A stretch of DNA of 62,652 nucleotides, the filler included, from Stramenopiles sp. TOSAG23-2 (lineage: Eukaryota): assembly GCA_900128395.1 (NCBI GenBank). It is 30 parts of 30 records of this genome, joined end to end, with 100 filler letters (N's around TTAATTAATTAA, not from the genome) between each part and the next. Parts side by side here need not be neighbours in the genome. Positions count along the whole stretch, not along the records: positions 33,613 to 35,604 come from LT652140.1; positions 35,705 to 37,693 come from LT652141.1; positions 37,794 to 39,778 come from LT652142.1; positions 39,879 to 41,862 come from LT652143.1; positions 41,963 to 43,946 come from LT652144.1; positions 44,047 to 46,027 come from LT652145.1; positions 46,128 to 48,108 come from LT652146.1; 23 more parts are not named here. One strand, written 5' to 3'. This document shows positions 33,623-46,737 of this stretch, one piece after another; positions within the stretch are counted from its first letter, which is position 1; every line of letters starts with the position of its first letter. A model generated the notes under the pieces. That model made no database searches and was not told the DNA's origin. It was given only the letters and a program-made list of their open reading frames with translations. The position numbers and the translations under genes are program-made.

Positions 33623-35602
33623 TTACTTCTTTTTACCAGTCCTACTACGCATTCTTTTAGGTTTATTACCTTGTGTATATCTTTCCTTGGTGCTTCTTGA
33701 CCATGCAAATACAGCACCAGATGATGATTTTGAAGTATTCATATTTCCATCTTCATCTGCATTATATTTACCTTCAAATGCTGGTTCAACTTTAATACTC
33801 GTTATGCCAGTACTTGCGCTTTTTTTTATATTTCCTTTCTTCTTTTTTTGTCTATTACTATTGCGATTTCTGCTATTATTACTTTTTTTCTCTCGTACTT
33901 TGACATTTTTTATTCTACCATCATCTAATGAGGGTGAATGTTTTTTCCTATTTTTATAACTACTACTATCTTCGTTATCATTATCATTATTTTTATTATT
34001 ATCAGGAGGACTCCTTGGTGTATTATTATTATTATTATCACTCTCCTTTTCGATTTCAATTTTTAATTTTGCATCTTCAACCAATTTATCAATAATTTCT
34101 TTTTCAACAATCGTATCAACTTCTGATTTTGCAATTTTGATAACAGTTTCAATTTGACGTGGCGATACGGGTTTTAAAATTGCACGTAAGCTTGTTGGTT
34201 GGCGAGATGATTTATTTGGTGATTTTTTTTTACGTCCTCGCTTCATTGGAGTAGTATCAGTAGTAGTAGTAGTAGTAGTAGTAACGCTTGTATTGCTATC
34301 GACAGGTATAATCGGTGCAGTTTTCAACGCTTCAAGTGCACTTTCAATCTGTTCCAATTTAACTTTTTTCATACGTTTACGTCTCATATCGGCCAATACA
34401 TCATTTGATTTTAAAGATTCTTCCCGTTTTGTTTTTTCAGCATTTACATTTTGCGGATCAACTAATATATACGTACCACGGCGTTCATCAAATACAAGTC
34501 CAGTCGGTGCAGCATGTTCTCTGGAACCTTGATGATTTAATAACCGTGTTTCTAATTCAACAAGTTCTTCTTCTTCCGATTCAACAGGGCAATATGCATT
34601 TGGTTCAATATGTACTGGTTGCTTTGTTAAATTTTCAACTACCGTCTCTTCCAATTTAGCAGTATCATTTCCTAATTCCATATTTACTTCATTTTTAATA
34701 TCATCCATCATATCTTGCATGATATTTGCAACTCGTTGTTCCTCATCCTCCGTTAATAAAACTTGGCGTCCTAATACAGCACTTCGTTTATTAATCTCAT
34801 CAACACGTGAAGTCACAATAGCTTCTCCATCAGCACTTGTTGTTATGTCATCATTTTTAACAACTACATTGTCATCAAAAGATATTTTTTCCCCACCCCA
34901 TCGTGATTTTAATTTTTCAATCTCATCTTCTTTGCCTTTTAATTTATTTTTACTCTCCAAATATTTCAATTCGGCTTCTTCCAATTTTGCATCTAATTTT
35001 TGAATGCGTTCTAAACCATTTTCCATCATACGTTTCATTTTTCGTTGTTCCTCCTCATTTGGATGTTCTAATACTTGGGAAGAAATAAATTTTCTCCAAC
35101 CAGCTTCCCGTTTTGCATCTTTTTCAACATCTGAATCAAAATTTTCAGGGAATTCGACCAACCTTTCTCCATCTTCCCCTGTACGTCCACGCACTTCGTT
35201 TACATAGGCTTCAAGTTCAGCACGTAAACTTGCTTGTGTATCATTAACAACATTTAAACGTTCTTCAATTTTGGTTAAACCGTTAGTAGTATTTTTGACA
35301 CTTGTCTGTTCTTCATCTTTAACCGTTACTGATTTTGGTGGAATTGGTGAAGGTGCCACAGGTACACCTGTAAGAAATGTATCATCTTTCTTTATCGTAT
35401 CATCCTCACATAAATTATCTTTTGTATTTTCATCATCATTATCCATATATTTTTGTTCATAATTTTTTTTCACATTGTTGTTATCCATATTTCTTTGTTT
35501 TTTCTTTGATAGTGCATGATCCTTATTATGATTGCTAGACAACGAGGACATATCCTTATTGTTCACCACTTTCAAAATGGTTCTCCCTGGATTGTTCGTG
35601 CT
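33623..35602 (-). CDS. Coiled-coil protein, FSIP1-like (possibly 5' truncated)
   Basis: GLERIQKLDAKL, LLTEDEEQRVANIM, ELVELETRL and LADMRRKR..LEQIESAL resemble FSIP1-family blocks (from recall). Confidence 0.6.
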   Translation of the reverse strand, partial: STNNPGRTILKVVNNKDMSSLSSNHNKDHALSKKKQRNMDNNNVKKNYEQKYMDNDDENTKDNLCEDDTIKKDDTFLTGVPVAPSPIPPKSVTVKDEEQTSVKNTTNGLTKIEERLNVVNDTQASLRAELEAYVNEVRGRTGEDGERLVEFPENFDSDVEKDAKREAGWRKFISSQVLEHPNEEEQRKMKRMMENGLERIQKLDAKLEEAELKYLESKNKLKGKEDEIEKLKSRWGGEKISFDDNVVVKNDDITTSADGEAIVTSRVDEINKRSAVLGRQVLLTEDEEQRVANIMQDMMDDIKNEVNMELGNDTAKLEETVVENLTKQPVHIEPNAYCPVESEEEELVELETRLLNHQGSREHAAPTGLVFDERRGTYILVDPQNVNAEKTKREESLKSNDVLADMRRKRMKKVKLEQIESALEALKTAPIIPVDSNTSVTTTTTTTTDTTPMKRGRKKKSPNKSSRQPTSLRAILKPVSPRQIETVIKIAKSEVDTIVEKEIIDKLVEDAKLKIEIEKESDNNNNNTPRSPPDNNKNNDNDNEDSSSYKNRKKHSPSLDDGRIKNVKVREKKSNNSRNRNSNRQKKKKGNIKKSASTGITSIKVEPAFEGKYNADEDGNMNTSKSSSGAVFAWSRSTKERYTQGNKPKRMRSRTGKKK

Positions 35603-36747
35603 TGNNNNNNNNNNNNNNNNNNNNNNNNNNNNNNNNNNNNNNNNNNNNTTAATTAATTAANNNNNNNNNNNNNNNNNNNNNNNNNNNNNNNNNNNNNNNN
35701 NNNNATTCTTCTTTTCTTCTTCATCTCAGAACGAAAATCCATAAATATAATCGGTTTTAAGAATGGTGCTGCTAAATATCCGGATTTTTTTTAATTTTTT
35801 TCGCAGGACGAGATTCTGTTTGAAGATTCGAAATATTATCTTCTGCAAGGAAAGATTTAATGTATGCATATATATAGCAGTAGCACAGGGCATTCGAAAT
35901 ATTATCCTTCATAAGTTATTAGAGGCAGCATGCAATACTATTATATTAAAAAACCATAACAAAAAGGAGTTAGAGTTGAAGTTAATATTTTTGAAACTGA
36001 AAAAAAAGCAGTTTAAAAAGGAAGTTTGAAGAGGTAAAAGTACGATATTTTACTAACTACATTTATAGATGATTGCTTTTCATAGTTTAATAAGACTGAT
36101 TAAAAAATAAAAATAATAATATGGTACTATTTCGTGAGAAAGACTTTTTTTGTACTAGAAATGTTTTGTTTCAAATAGGAAGAGGAAATATCCTGAACCA
36201 AAGCGTCAGACCTGGGCAATAGTAGTCACATCAGCGTTACAGCGTCACAGCGTCACAGCGTCGTTAAAATTATTTTCTTACAATACTTTCTGGCTTTATT
36301 ATTTCTTAGCTGGTGAGACTATGCTGGTATGTTAATGTGCTAAAGCGCTAAAGCACACTATTTTTATATTTCTTTTGTCTTATATTATTATAGATTATAG
36401 ATAGTACTAATCTAGGTCCTAGACTTTTCTAAGATAGTACTATACTAGACTATATACACTTTCTTCTGTGGTAACATATAACATATATATAAAACAGATT
36501 TTATTTGCAGAATACAATTTTATAATTTACACAGAATTCATACTTAATCATTTCAATACCTACTTTTAGTTTAACCAACATATCATCTATCATTAACATT
36601 TTATTTTATTGCATATTGTAAGAAAATAGAAAATAGAAAACGCTTCTAAATTTTATCAATACAATTATTGAACAAATTGAACTACACTAGCAGCAAACAA
36701 AATAAAAGACATACTATACAGTTAATTTACAAAAAATAAAATTAAAT

Positions 36748-37693
36748 ATGCTTCAGCAAACGCTATTGTTAACAAGACAAATGATCTTTTTAACAACGTT
36801 AATATTAATATTTATAAATAGTGCGTGTTGCACAAATTGGAATTGTAATCCATCAGGAACGCTTACTCCAGAGACTAAGGGCACTTTTAATGTATCTAGG
36901 GACTGTCAACTTACTGCCGCGGTAACAGTTGACGGAAATTTAACACTAACAGGAAACAAGAGTGATGGTACATTATCAGTTGTAACTGCAGCCGCTGCAG
37001 CCGGAGGCAAAAGACATTTTCAGAACTCAATAGATGCGACGTTAACATTAACAAAATTAAAACTCATAGGTGGAAGGGCGGAAAATGTCATGGATGACCC
37101 AAACACCAATTATATTGATGCTGGAATTGGAGGCTCGATATTGATGTTTGGTGCAAGTGCAGCTTTAACCATCGATAATTGCGTCTTTGAAAATAATTAT
37201 GCGCTTGCTGGAGGGGCTATATTTTATTATGCTACAAATACTGAAGGAGCGTGTAGTGATATTGGCGTTGGTTCGAAAAGTGAATGTTTAACAGACGGCA
37301 CATGTTCAGACGGCACTGTGGAAAAATCAGCTTGTTTGTCGAAAGGCGAAACTTGGACTTATGCAAACACTTGGAGTACCAACAATGGCGAAAGTAATTG
37401 TGGGTCGGTAACGATTACAAATTCAAAATTTAAATCGAATAAAGCCACAATTCCAGCTGGAGTAGAAACCAATTACGTATTAGTTTCATCAGTTAGCACT
37501 ACGCTAGTAATTGATTTTGGTACTGGCGGTGCGATGTATATTGGAAGTACTCATGATTTAGCTAGCGGCGGAGGTGGTGCAAATGCTAATACAATTAGTG
37601 TAACAAATTCATTATTCGAATCAAATGAAGTTACGGTATCAGGGGGCGCAGCCTATATAGTACAAGCACAATTATTATCAGGGAAGAGCGTAA
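36748..37693 (+). CDS. Secreted parallel beta-helix / Pmp-like repeat protein (3' truncated)
   Basis: Signal peptide; repeated GG(A/S)(I/M/A) and FxxN motifs (CVFENN, SKFKSN, SLFESN); a Cys-rich insert. Confidence 0.78.
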
Positions 37694-38119
37694 NNNNNNN
37701 NNNNNNNNNNNNNNNNNNNNNNNNNNNNNNNNNNNNNTTAATTAATTAANNNNNNNNNNNNNNNNNNNNNNNNNNNNNNNNNNNNNNNNNNNNATAGGTA
37801 CTTAGTATACAAAAATATCGGGAATATCAAGGGATACCCCCTATTAATGTTAAGGTATTTTCCCAAATCATACGGATCTTAACAGCGGTGGGTCATATTC
37901 GTAATTTGGTATTTGGTACTCGTAATTAATCATCGTTGATGAGAAGCAGAGGAAAGAGGTCGCACAAAATAATTAAAATAATTTTTATTAAATCACAAAT
38001 GAATCGTAACAAAAGATAATATCATATACCTTCATGCCCCTTGCTGACACACGACAATAAAACACCCATATTTCTATATAATATTTTATCTCTCACGCCC
38101 CCCATGTTATTTTTTCAAA

Positions 38120-39181
38120 TCAATCTTCTTGATTCAAAGTTGTTGCTTTTATAGTAGATTTTCGTTTAACAACTGCACGATCAACTGCTCTTGCTGCAGC
38201 TTTTAATAATGGGGAATGATGTTTATGGTAGTTTTTATAATTATTTCTACGTTTTGATGGCGTTCGTCGATATGGTGATTTATTTGGTGTTTTCTTTGGT
38301 GTTGTATTGGTACTATTGTTGTTGTGATTATTATTGAAATTATTTCGTTCTGGTGTTCTTGGCGGTAATGACATGGTATTATTATTATTATTATTAGAAT
38401 TTTCAACTGTTGATCCTCTTAACCGTAATGGTGACATAGATGATGCATGTGAAACATTGTTTAAATTTCTTCTATTTGAATCATATCCATTGCTTTTTGG
38501 ACTTTCCATTTCTGCATCGGAATCCACTTCATCCACTATACTTAAAGATGATTCCCTGTTTTTTATATTTTGCATTGTTAATTTTGATTCTTGGTCCAAT
38601 CCTGAAAAAGAAGAAGTAGTAGCGGTATCAACAATATTGTGTTTTTTACCCCGTTCGAAATTCTTATTATACCTATTCAAATGTTCTGTTGAGTATCTCC
38701 ATCTTGTATCAAAGCCCCCAAGAACTATTGATAATAAAAGTGAAGACCAAAAATTTCTATTACGCCCCGTTTTGACTTTATTAATAGCAGAAGGCGATGT
38801 GGTGTATAGCAAGATTTGTAATACTACAAATGAATATAAGACACTAACATAGTGAATAGAACCATCATGAAAAAATTTATCAATCCAAGATGCATTTTTA
38901 TCTATTGCAATATTTGGTTTAGCAAATATACGACAACCTATTGACAATACCATACTACCAGCAATTTGAAGTATATTTTGAGAAGTAATATGTGCCTCGC
39001 TGGACATGAAATTTTGAATAGTCGATACTAAAGCTCGAATAAGACCAGCTATGAAATTGGAATATAGTGAATTTAACGTCAAGCCATTTTCTCTTATGAA
39101 TATATTATTATTATTTATATTATTCATTTGTTTATTCTCATTATTATTTTCTTTCTCTTGATAAGATGAAGCAGCGGACAT
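38120..39181 (-). CDS. Hypothetical membrane protein with disordered Ser/Asn/Pro C-terminus
   Basis: ~353-aa ORF from ATG 39181 with 2-3 hydrophobic segments. Confidence 0.6.
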   Translation of the reverse strand: MSAASSYQEKENNNENKQMNNINNNNIFIRENGLTLNSLYSNFIAGLIRALVSTIQNFMSSEAHITSQNILQIAGSMVLSIGCRIFAKPNIAIDKNASWIDKFFHDGSIHYVSVLYSFVVLQILLYTTSPSAINKVKTGRNRNFWSSLLLSIVLGGFDTRWRYSTEHLNRYNKNFERGKKHNIVDTATTSSFSGLDQESKLTMQNIKNRESSLSIVDEVDSDAEMESPKSNGYDSNRRNLNNVSHASSMSPLRLRGSTVENSNNNNNNTMSLPPRTPERNNFNNNHNNNSTNTTPKKTPNKSPYRRTPSKRRNNYKNYHKHHSPLLKAAARAVDRAVVKRKSTIKATTLNQED

Positions 39182-39878
39182 GTTTGACAACGGGGGTTCG
39201 TATTTTCTTCGTTTTCAAAAAAAAAAAAGAATGCGATGAAATGAAACAGAGGAGAAATTTGAATATTTTGTCTATGTGTCATATACGCAGCGCAGCACAC
39301 ACAGAGTCACACTCACCTCTTTTCACATTTTCAACCTCTCTGTTTTACTTCTTCTTTCATTATTTTTTTTTTCATTGCAAGTGCCATTCGCATCATTATT
39401 ATTTTTTTTTTTTTATACAAAGTTATCCTAATGCTATTCCCTTGTATACTAGTTTAAGGGACGTTTATATAATATATAACTATAATATTGTAATAATTTC
39501 ATTACAATTTAAATTGTAATATTTACTGTAACCTTAAACTTGTAATAAACCTGATGAATAAACTATTTTTGTATTTATACTTGATAGACTATAAATGTTG
39601 ATAGAAAAGTATGAAATGAAGTTAAAAATACGAAGTTTTGGTGTTTTGGTTTGAGGTGTGGATAGGATATTGTAGTTGGTAGTATATAAATATATATTAT
39701 TAGTATGTGTGTATAAACATCCATTTCACTTGTTGATACCCGTTTGATCCATCTTTTTTATATTGTTGTATAGCTTTTNNNNNNNNNNNNNNNNNNNNNN
39801 NNNNNNNNNNNNNNNNNNNNNNTTAATTAATTAANNNNNNNNNNNNNNNNNNNNNNNNNNNNNNNNNNNNNNNNNNNN

Positions 39879-41862
39879 TATAGCACTGGTGATAACTCCA
39901 ATTTATTGCTAAATTCTACAGCACTACACTATGCTACTTTATCTGGAGGCGCACCGCCTTCCATTTTGAACTACGTCAGCCTATTTGAAACTGGAAGCCA
40001 TCCAAACGCCTACTTCTTGTTTAGATATTATGATACGAAAATAAAGAGAGGGAGAGTAAACATCACATTGGGTGTAGATGCATATGATTACTCCTCCATA
40101 ATATTTATGGCAGGATCTTCCTCGCATGGATTTTCCGATGCTATGTTGAGCGTGCCAAAGATACATGCAATGAAAACATTAACAGGCATGGACTACACAT
40201 GCACTGAATTAACATCCGTAAAATGCAACGATTTCGGGGACCAATCAAGAATACCGATTAAATCGTATGAGCTTGGACCTTTCGACTACCGACCTTATGA
40301 ATATCACATCATAAGAAAATGTTCTGAAACGAATAACATACTCCCGCAAATATCTGAATTTCAATTTAGTACATCGATCCAAACCCCATATGATAAAAAG
40401 TATTTGAACGATGAAATTACGACTGATAACTCTAAAGCCATAACGTGTGGAACAATACGACCGAATGCACATATTACTTTATCGAACATAATCGATACCG
40501 TCACTAGCATCTCTCATCCGTTGAACCAGGCTGACACAAGAAGCCAAATATGTTTGACTGAAAATATTCCTGGAAATTCGTGGGTCTATGTCAATACATG
40601 TGGTGATCGATTGACAAATCCAGGTATGATGCATTTTGAAATAGACCTTTTGGAAATACGTGCGGTTTGTGACATCACTTTGTCTTGGCTGTATCGAAAT
40701 GAACCAGGTGGATATCAAATGTTTGTTGCAGATAATTATGGTGATTGGGAAAATATTGATTTCCAAACTAATAGAGGCTGTTCTCATTTTAGCCTTCATG
40801 GATATGTATCCCAAACCGTATCGAAATTAAAAGCATGTAAAGGAATCAGGTATATTCGTTTTGAAGCATCTATTGATACACATGATGGAAACTGCTGGAA
40901 TTATTGGAAATATTTAACTGAAATCCAAATAGATGGTTTCATTATGAGCCCTGTGTCTCGCCTCATGTCCAGAGCTGTGCCACACGAATCATGTACGATT
41001 AATATCACTAGTGTAAGTAGAATTTGCAACGCTAATGGACGGACTAGCGGCGTTGAAACTCGATATTCATCCACTTGCCGCAGCATAAATGCAGCGTATG
41101 CTATTACTGCGCCAGACCACACGAGAGAAAATGCGCCAAGTTCTTTATCAACCTATGAAGCTACTGTATTGAATTCGAACCGTGTATTGACGTGGTACCT
41201 GCAACCAAATCCCAGCTATAGCAACAAGCCAACAGACTACCAACATCTTCACAAAAGTAATGATAATAATAATGTATTCAACGAGATTTACAGTCACTTT
41301 AACAAATCATTTGGACAAACAGCAGCAACGATACAGTTTTTAAATTCTATCGATGGGTATGCACCGATTTTATCAGTCATTGGAGGAAGCGAGGATGCGG
41401 ATTTCCTTGCTTTTAGTGAAACGACGTCAAAATATGGAATGAATTGGGAAAATGTGTTAATAAGCGATCCAGATATGCTTACAGGCAATTATTGTACTTG
41501 CAGTTTCTTCATGATAGATGTGAATAGACTATGTCCTAATGCAAGTAGTCCATCTAATGAAACAATCGTTCGTGCAAAATATTTAAACGAGTGTGAAGAG
41601 TCTATAGATTTTGTCAGCATTATAAGCATAAGTAGTGCAGATATTACTGAAACTATTGCTTACATTAAAGAACAATATCTTGACTCAGCATCTCAAACTT
41701 GGCCGTCAATCGACAGCGATTTTTTACAAATTCCTATTAATAGCATTATATTTTATGGTAATATATCAAACAGCGAGGAAAAAATTGTTGATGTAATGGT
41801 TTCAAACGAGCATATCGATTCTAATGAAAACAACACCCTACTGCTTCTATTGAGCCCGTCAA
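39879..41862 (+). CDS. Internal fragment of a large, probably extracellular protein with a discoidin/F5-8C-like beta domain
   Basis: Frame open across the whole contig; FEIDLLEIRAVCDITLSW..YQMFVADNYGDW..IRYIRFE..LTEIQIDG. Confidence 0.65.
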
Positions 41863-42089
41863 NNNNNNNNNNNNNNNNNNNNNNNNNNNNNNNNNNNNNN
41901 NNNNNNTTAATTAATTAANNNNNNNNNNNNNNNNNNNNNNNNNNNNNNNNNNNNNNNNNNNNTGAAAATGATGAAATTGGATGAAAAATATGCGCGATGT
42001 AATGGTATGTAGTGTTACGTGCATAAAACAATTAATATACTATGGTATATTATTATATATTTTTTATATATTTATATAAAATAATAAAA

Positions 42090-42182
42090 TTACAACTCTT
42101 GTGAAGGTGGTGAACTACCTTTTGGACCCCCAAATTCATCCAAACTGATAAATCCATCTTTATTGTCTTCGTTCACAAATAA
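42090..42182 (-). pseudogene. Orphan EF-hand C-terminal fragment resembling ER FKBP-type proteins
   Basis: Translates LFVNEDNKDGFISLDEFGGPKGSSPPSQEL*. It is preceded by TAG, and no upstream coding partner is visible. Confidence 0.45.
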
Positions 42183-42669
42183 CTAAGCAAAAGATTCACA
42201 CAAGATAACATTTCGTTCTTTCTAGCATAATCGATTACAGAATCTCCAAAATTAGTTCTAGATTTTACAGATAATCCACATATTAAAAATGTTGCTGGAA
42301 CACGAAGCAACTACAGAAATAATAATCAACCAAGAAGACAATCATGGTAATACCCCACTAGATTATGTATACGAGATAAATCACAGTTACATAAAAGACA
42401 AATTAATCCATTTATTTGTTGATTATGGAGGCATAACAAAGCATAAACATGAATATACAATATTTTAAAAAAAAATATAAAATAATTCTCTTCTTTATAA
42501 TTTAAAGAAAATATATATGGTGTGTACATATTAAAAATACGCGTATAAATATATGAGTAAGAGAACATTTTATATACATGTGTGACCTAAATATTTTGAT
42601 GTGAAAAAAAATTAAAAAAATTTTAGAATACGGCTCGTAATATTAATATTGATAAACATTTGTGTGCTT

Positions 42670-43946
42670 TCATTCTAGTACTTTCCTTTTCTGCAATTCT
42701 ACCGGATCTAACATATTTAAATCTCTCAGGTGTTGAGCAATCGATATTTTTTCAAAATCATCTGTTCCTTCTTGTAAATTTTTGACTAGAAATGGTTTCC
42801 TGCTTTTTGAATAGCTTTCGATCTCTTTTAACAACGTAAATAACTCAGGGCGGAATGTATGATTTTCACCGTCATATTCAACAACAACACGTTCACTTAT
42901 GCCTTTTATAAATGGCAATACTTTCACACCTTCTCTTACTAAACATAATTGATTTAAATCAAATGAACATTTTAAACCTTTTGGATACATACCACTAACT
43001 GCCTTTAACAATCTGTGATGTTCATCGTCAATTTTCTTTTTTAATTTTACTAATTCTTTCGCTCCATTGCCAATTTTTAAATTTGCATTTATCCATTTGC
43101 CTGTGTATATCATGATGTAATATAAAGTGTTAGATGATCTATCTATTATATATGTCAAGTTTAAAATACCGTATGATATAGTAGGAATAGATAAAGTAGC
43201 TAGCTGTAATACATACGTAATTTTTCTTTGATTCTCTTCGTCGCATCGCGATTTCTTTTCTTCTTTGATTTTCTCCATTTACGCTTCGCACGATAAAAAG
43301 CATCGACCCACCTGTCTTGTATATCACATTTTCGCTTTTTTTTATTTGCCTTTTCTGCTGCATTTCCATCGTCATCGGAAGTATTATTTTTACACAGAAC
43401 TTCTCTCAATACATGATATTGCTTCTTTCTCGATGGTATATCAATCCAATTTAATGGTGTTGAATATCGAAACTCCAAATCCAACTCTTGCAATTCTTTC
43501 CATGGTGGTAATCCAATTTTTTTTCCAGAACCACCTTTTGGCAATGCTTTTTCAAAGAAATTTCCCCATTTAAAGAAAAAAGAATTTAAAATACGTACCG
43601 TTAAATGCATCGATCCCGTTCTGTTAGTAGTCACAGCACTATGAATAAAACCACGTGGTGCGTATAATATATCACCTTGTTTTAACAATACTGTATGTTG
43701 TGGTTTCCCAGTATCTGTTTCTGTCAATGGTTTCCCAGTAATTTTACCCAATTCTTGCTTCCGTGTCGGCAATTTAACTGGATTGTTATATATATGCCAT
43801 AGTTTTTCGCCAGCCATTTGTAAAATGAAAAAGTCATGCTGATCAGTATGGGGAAAAAAGCCTTGTGAACCTCGTGGGGTTAAATAAACATTTACACGAA
43901 ACGGAAATCCAAAATCACTTTCCAATGAATCAACTAATTTACCTAA
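42670..43946 (-). CDS. JmjC ribosomal-oxygenase family protein (RIOX1/NO66/YcfD-like); exons <43946-43217 and 43100-42670
   Basis: NVYLTPRGSQGFFPHTDQHDFFILQMAGEKLW, LKQGDILYAPRGFIH and SMHLT. A GTATGT..ACAG intron at 43216-43101 (116 bp) joins KLR-KWINANL. Confidence 0.88.
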
Positions 43947-44046
43947 NNNNNNNNNNNNNNNNNNNNNNNNNNNNNNNNNNNNNNNNNNNNTTAATTAATT
44001 AANNNNNNNNNNNNNNNNNNNNNNNNNNNNNNNNNNNNNNNNNNNN

Positions 44047-46027
44047 GGTACACAGGACTGGTTATTCGTAATGAACAAATAACCAGTGCTGTGTAGGCGC
44101 AACACTTTTATGGATAAGGTAATATTTTATTGTGTGATTTAGATTACAAATTATTATACTTCAATAGCTATGATATTTTCCTACCGAATTCCGTATTAAC
44201 AGGTGCACACAGGACTGGTTATTNNNNNNNNNNNNNNNNNNNNNNNNNNNNNNNNNNNNNNNNNNNNNNNNNNNNNNNNNNNNTCCTACCGACTTCCGGA
44301 TTAACAGGTACACAGGACTGGTTATTCGTAATGAACAAATAACCAGTGCTGTGTAGGCGCACCACTTTTATGGATAATGGACCCGATTAGGTAATGTTTT
44401 GATAGATGCACAGATGTAAATAAAAAATCTAAGGATGTGGGCAATAAATCGTCACAACATTGCGACGATGGAGAGTGAGGCAACCTGTGCAGCTGTGCAG
44501 CCTGTGCAGTGCTAATAAATTATTATTATTTCATGATGATGATGATGCTGGTAGTACACATTTATGGATACATGTATAGTTATATTTATTCTATTTATGG
44601 ATACTCATTAACATTTTGGATTATAAATATCCGGATACAGAGTATTTTGATACAGATATATATTATATTATATATTATCCAGAAAACAACAATTTTCAGG
44701 CTATCCATACAACGCAAACAGGCATATATACAGGCATTCCCGTGTTCGTTTCACATATATATATATATATATACAGAGTATTTTGCTAGATGTAGTAATA
44801 ATGATGATGATGAAGAACAACAAAACGGTAGTAATAATGCAAAACGTAAAGACATGGAACCACCAGTATCATTACGTTCATCTAAACGTTTACGAATGTA
44901 GTAATAATGATGATGATGAAGAACAACAAAACGGTAGTAATAATGCAAAACGTAAAGACATGGAACCACCAGTATCATTACGTTCATCTAAACGTTTACG
45001 AAAAACAAACAATGGTGTTCTTTTATAAGGAATTGATAAAGAGGATAATATTAGGTTAAAAAATGAAACATATATTTATGATCATTATTTCCTGCGCGGT
45101 AACGATCCACATATTATAAAAAGCAGGAACACAAGAAAGAAAGAGTTTATATCAATTATCACACAATGAAAGACGGAAGAGATATAGGATGTAAGAGATG
45201 GTGGGGGGGTGGTTGCGTAGTTGCGCTTACCAGCTTACCTTTTAAGAAAAAAATTTAAAATTACAGTGTTCTATGGCATGCTCTGGGTTTTAACGGCACC
45301 TTGTTCCTTATTGAGTAAAAAATTAAAAATTTAAAATTATTAAAAATTAAAAATACACATTTTATATCATTATTATTACGAGATTACGAGTATTATCATA
45401 TGGCTCAAATCGACAAAGATTTCCCCAGGTGCTGTGTAGGCGTAACTAAAATAAGCTAATTTTACGAAATTAAAAATTTAAAATTATTAAAAATTAAAAA
45501 TACACATTTTATATCATTATTATTACGAGATTACGAGTATTATCATATGGCTCAAATCGACAAAGATTTCCCCAGGTGCTGTGTAGGCGTAACTAAAATA
45601 AGCTAATTTTACGTAATGATATATAGATGCTAAATTTAAGCGCATGGGCTCTTCGTCTTCCATTCTTGGTCAATTTCAGGTCCTCCAATGCTTTGTTATA
45701 ATCTCCGAACCTAGAAGGATCTAGGAGCTGACCTTCGACCCCGGAAATCGACTTATCTCACTTTATGAGATTTGACAATTTCCAGATCGAAAAATTGAAA
45801 ATAAAAATGTTTTTACTTGCCTTGGTGTTGAAAAAAATAAAAAAAAATAAATAATTGCTTCATGTTTGGTCAATAACGTGTATCTCTGCAAGTTATTGGC
45901 AGCTAATTTTACGTAATGATATATAGATGCTAAATTTAAGCGCATGGGCTCTTCCTCTTCCATTCTTGGTCAATTTCAGGTCCTCCAATGCTTTGTTATA
46001 ATCTCCGAACCTAGAAGGATCTAGGAG
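44047..46027. repeat. Repeat-rich non-coding contig
   Basis: Direct repeats 44047/44307, 44790/44896 (106 bp), 45320/45467 (147 bp) and 45601/45901; GTGCTGTGTAGGCG four times. Confidence 0.8.
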
Positions 46028-46129
46028 NNNNNNNNNNNNNNNNNNNNNNNNNNNNNNNNNNNNNNNNNNNNTTAATTAATTAANNNNNNNNNNNNNNNNN
46101 NNNNNNNNNNNNNNNNNNNNNNNNNNNGG

Positions 46130-46639
46130 GTGGCAAGGAAATTGAGTTGGAAAGAAGTGAATACTATACTATCAAAAGCAAAAGGAAATACCAAATTGTT
46201 GGTATATCTGTTGTTTTTTCTTGGACTTCGCGTATCGGAGGCATTGAAATTGAAGAAAAAAGATATACGATATGGTGACAGATTGGTAACATCTGTCGTA
46301 GGAAAAGGCAACAAACCCAGAGATGTTCGTGCAGGGAAGGCAACATCGATATTTATATGGAATGTCATTAAAGGTTTACAGGATGAAGATTATTTGTTTC
46401 CATCTCGTAATGGGAAACATCTTTCTAGATGGTGGGCACAAAAAAAGTTGAAGAAATTGAATTCGAGAATATCACCTCATTGGTTGAGGCATGCATTCTG
46501 TTCATTAAGTATTCAAAATGGGTGTGATATTGGCACGGTGAGTATTGCAATGGGTCACAGTGATTTGGCAACCACGAGGGCGTATTGTCATGCAGCGGAG
46601 AAACCTGCAAGTGAGTATTTGGAGGAGTGTAGTATCTAA
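46130..46639 (+). CDS. Tyrosine recombinase (XerC/D / phage-integrase type) catalytic domain, 5' truncated
   Basis: Complete R-K-H-R-H-Y set: GLRVSEA, GKGNKPR, YLFPS, SPHWLRHAF, MGHSDLATTRAY. Confidence 0.93.
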   Translation: MARKLSWKEVNTILSKAKGNTKLLVYLLFFLGLRVSEALKLKKKDIRYGDRLVTSVVGKGNKPRDVRAGKATSIFIWNVIKGLQDEDYLFPSRNGKHLSRWWAQKKLKKLNSRISPHWLRHAFCSLSIQNGCDIGTVSIAMGHSDLATTRAYCHAAEKPASEYLEECSI

Positions 46640-46737
46640 TTTTATTATTAAATTATGTGTTTAAGTATTATTTAATACTCATCACAAAATAAAACATTTT
46701 TATGACCCCTATACGAATATTTTTTTAAAATTTTTTT

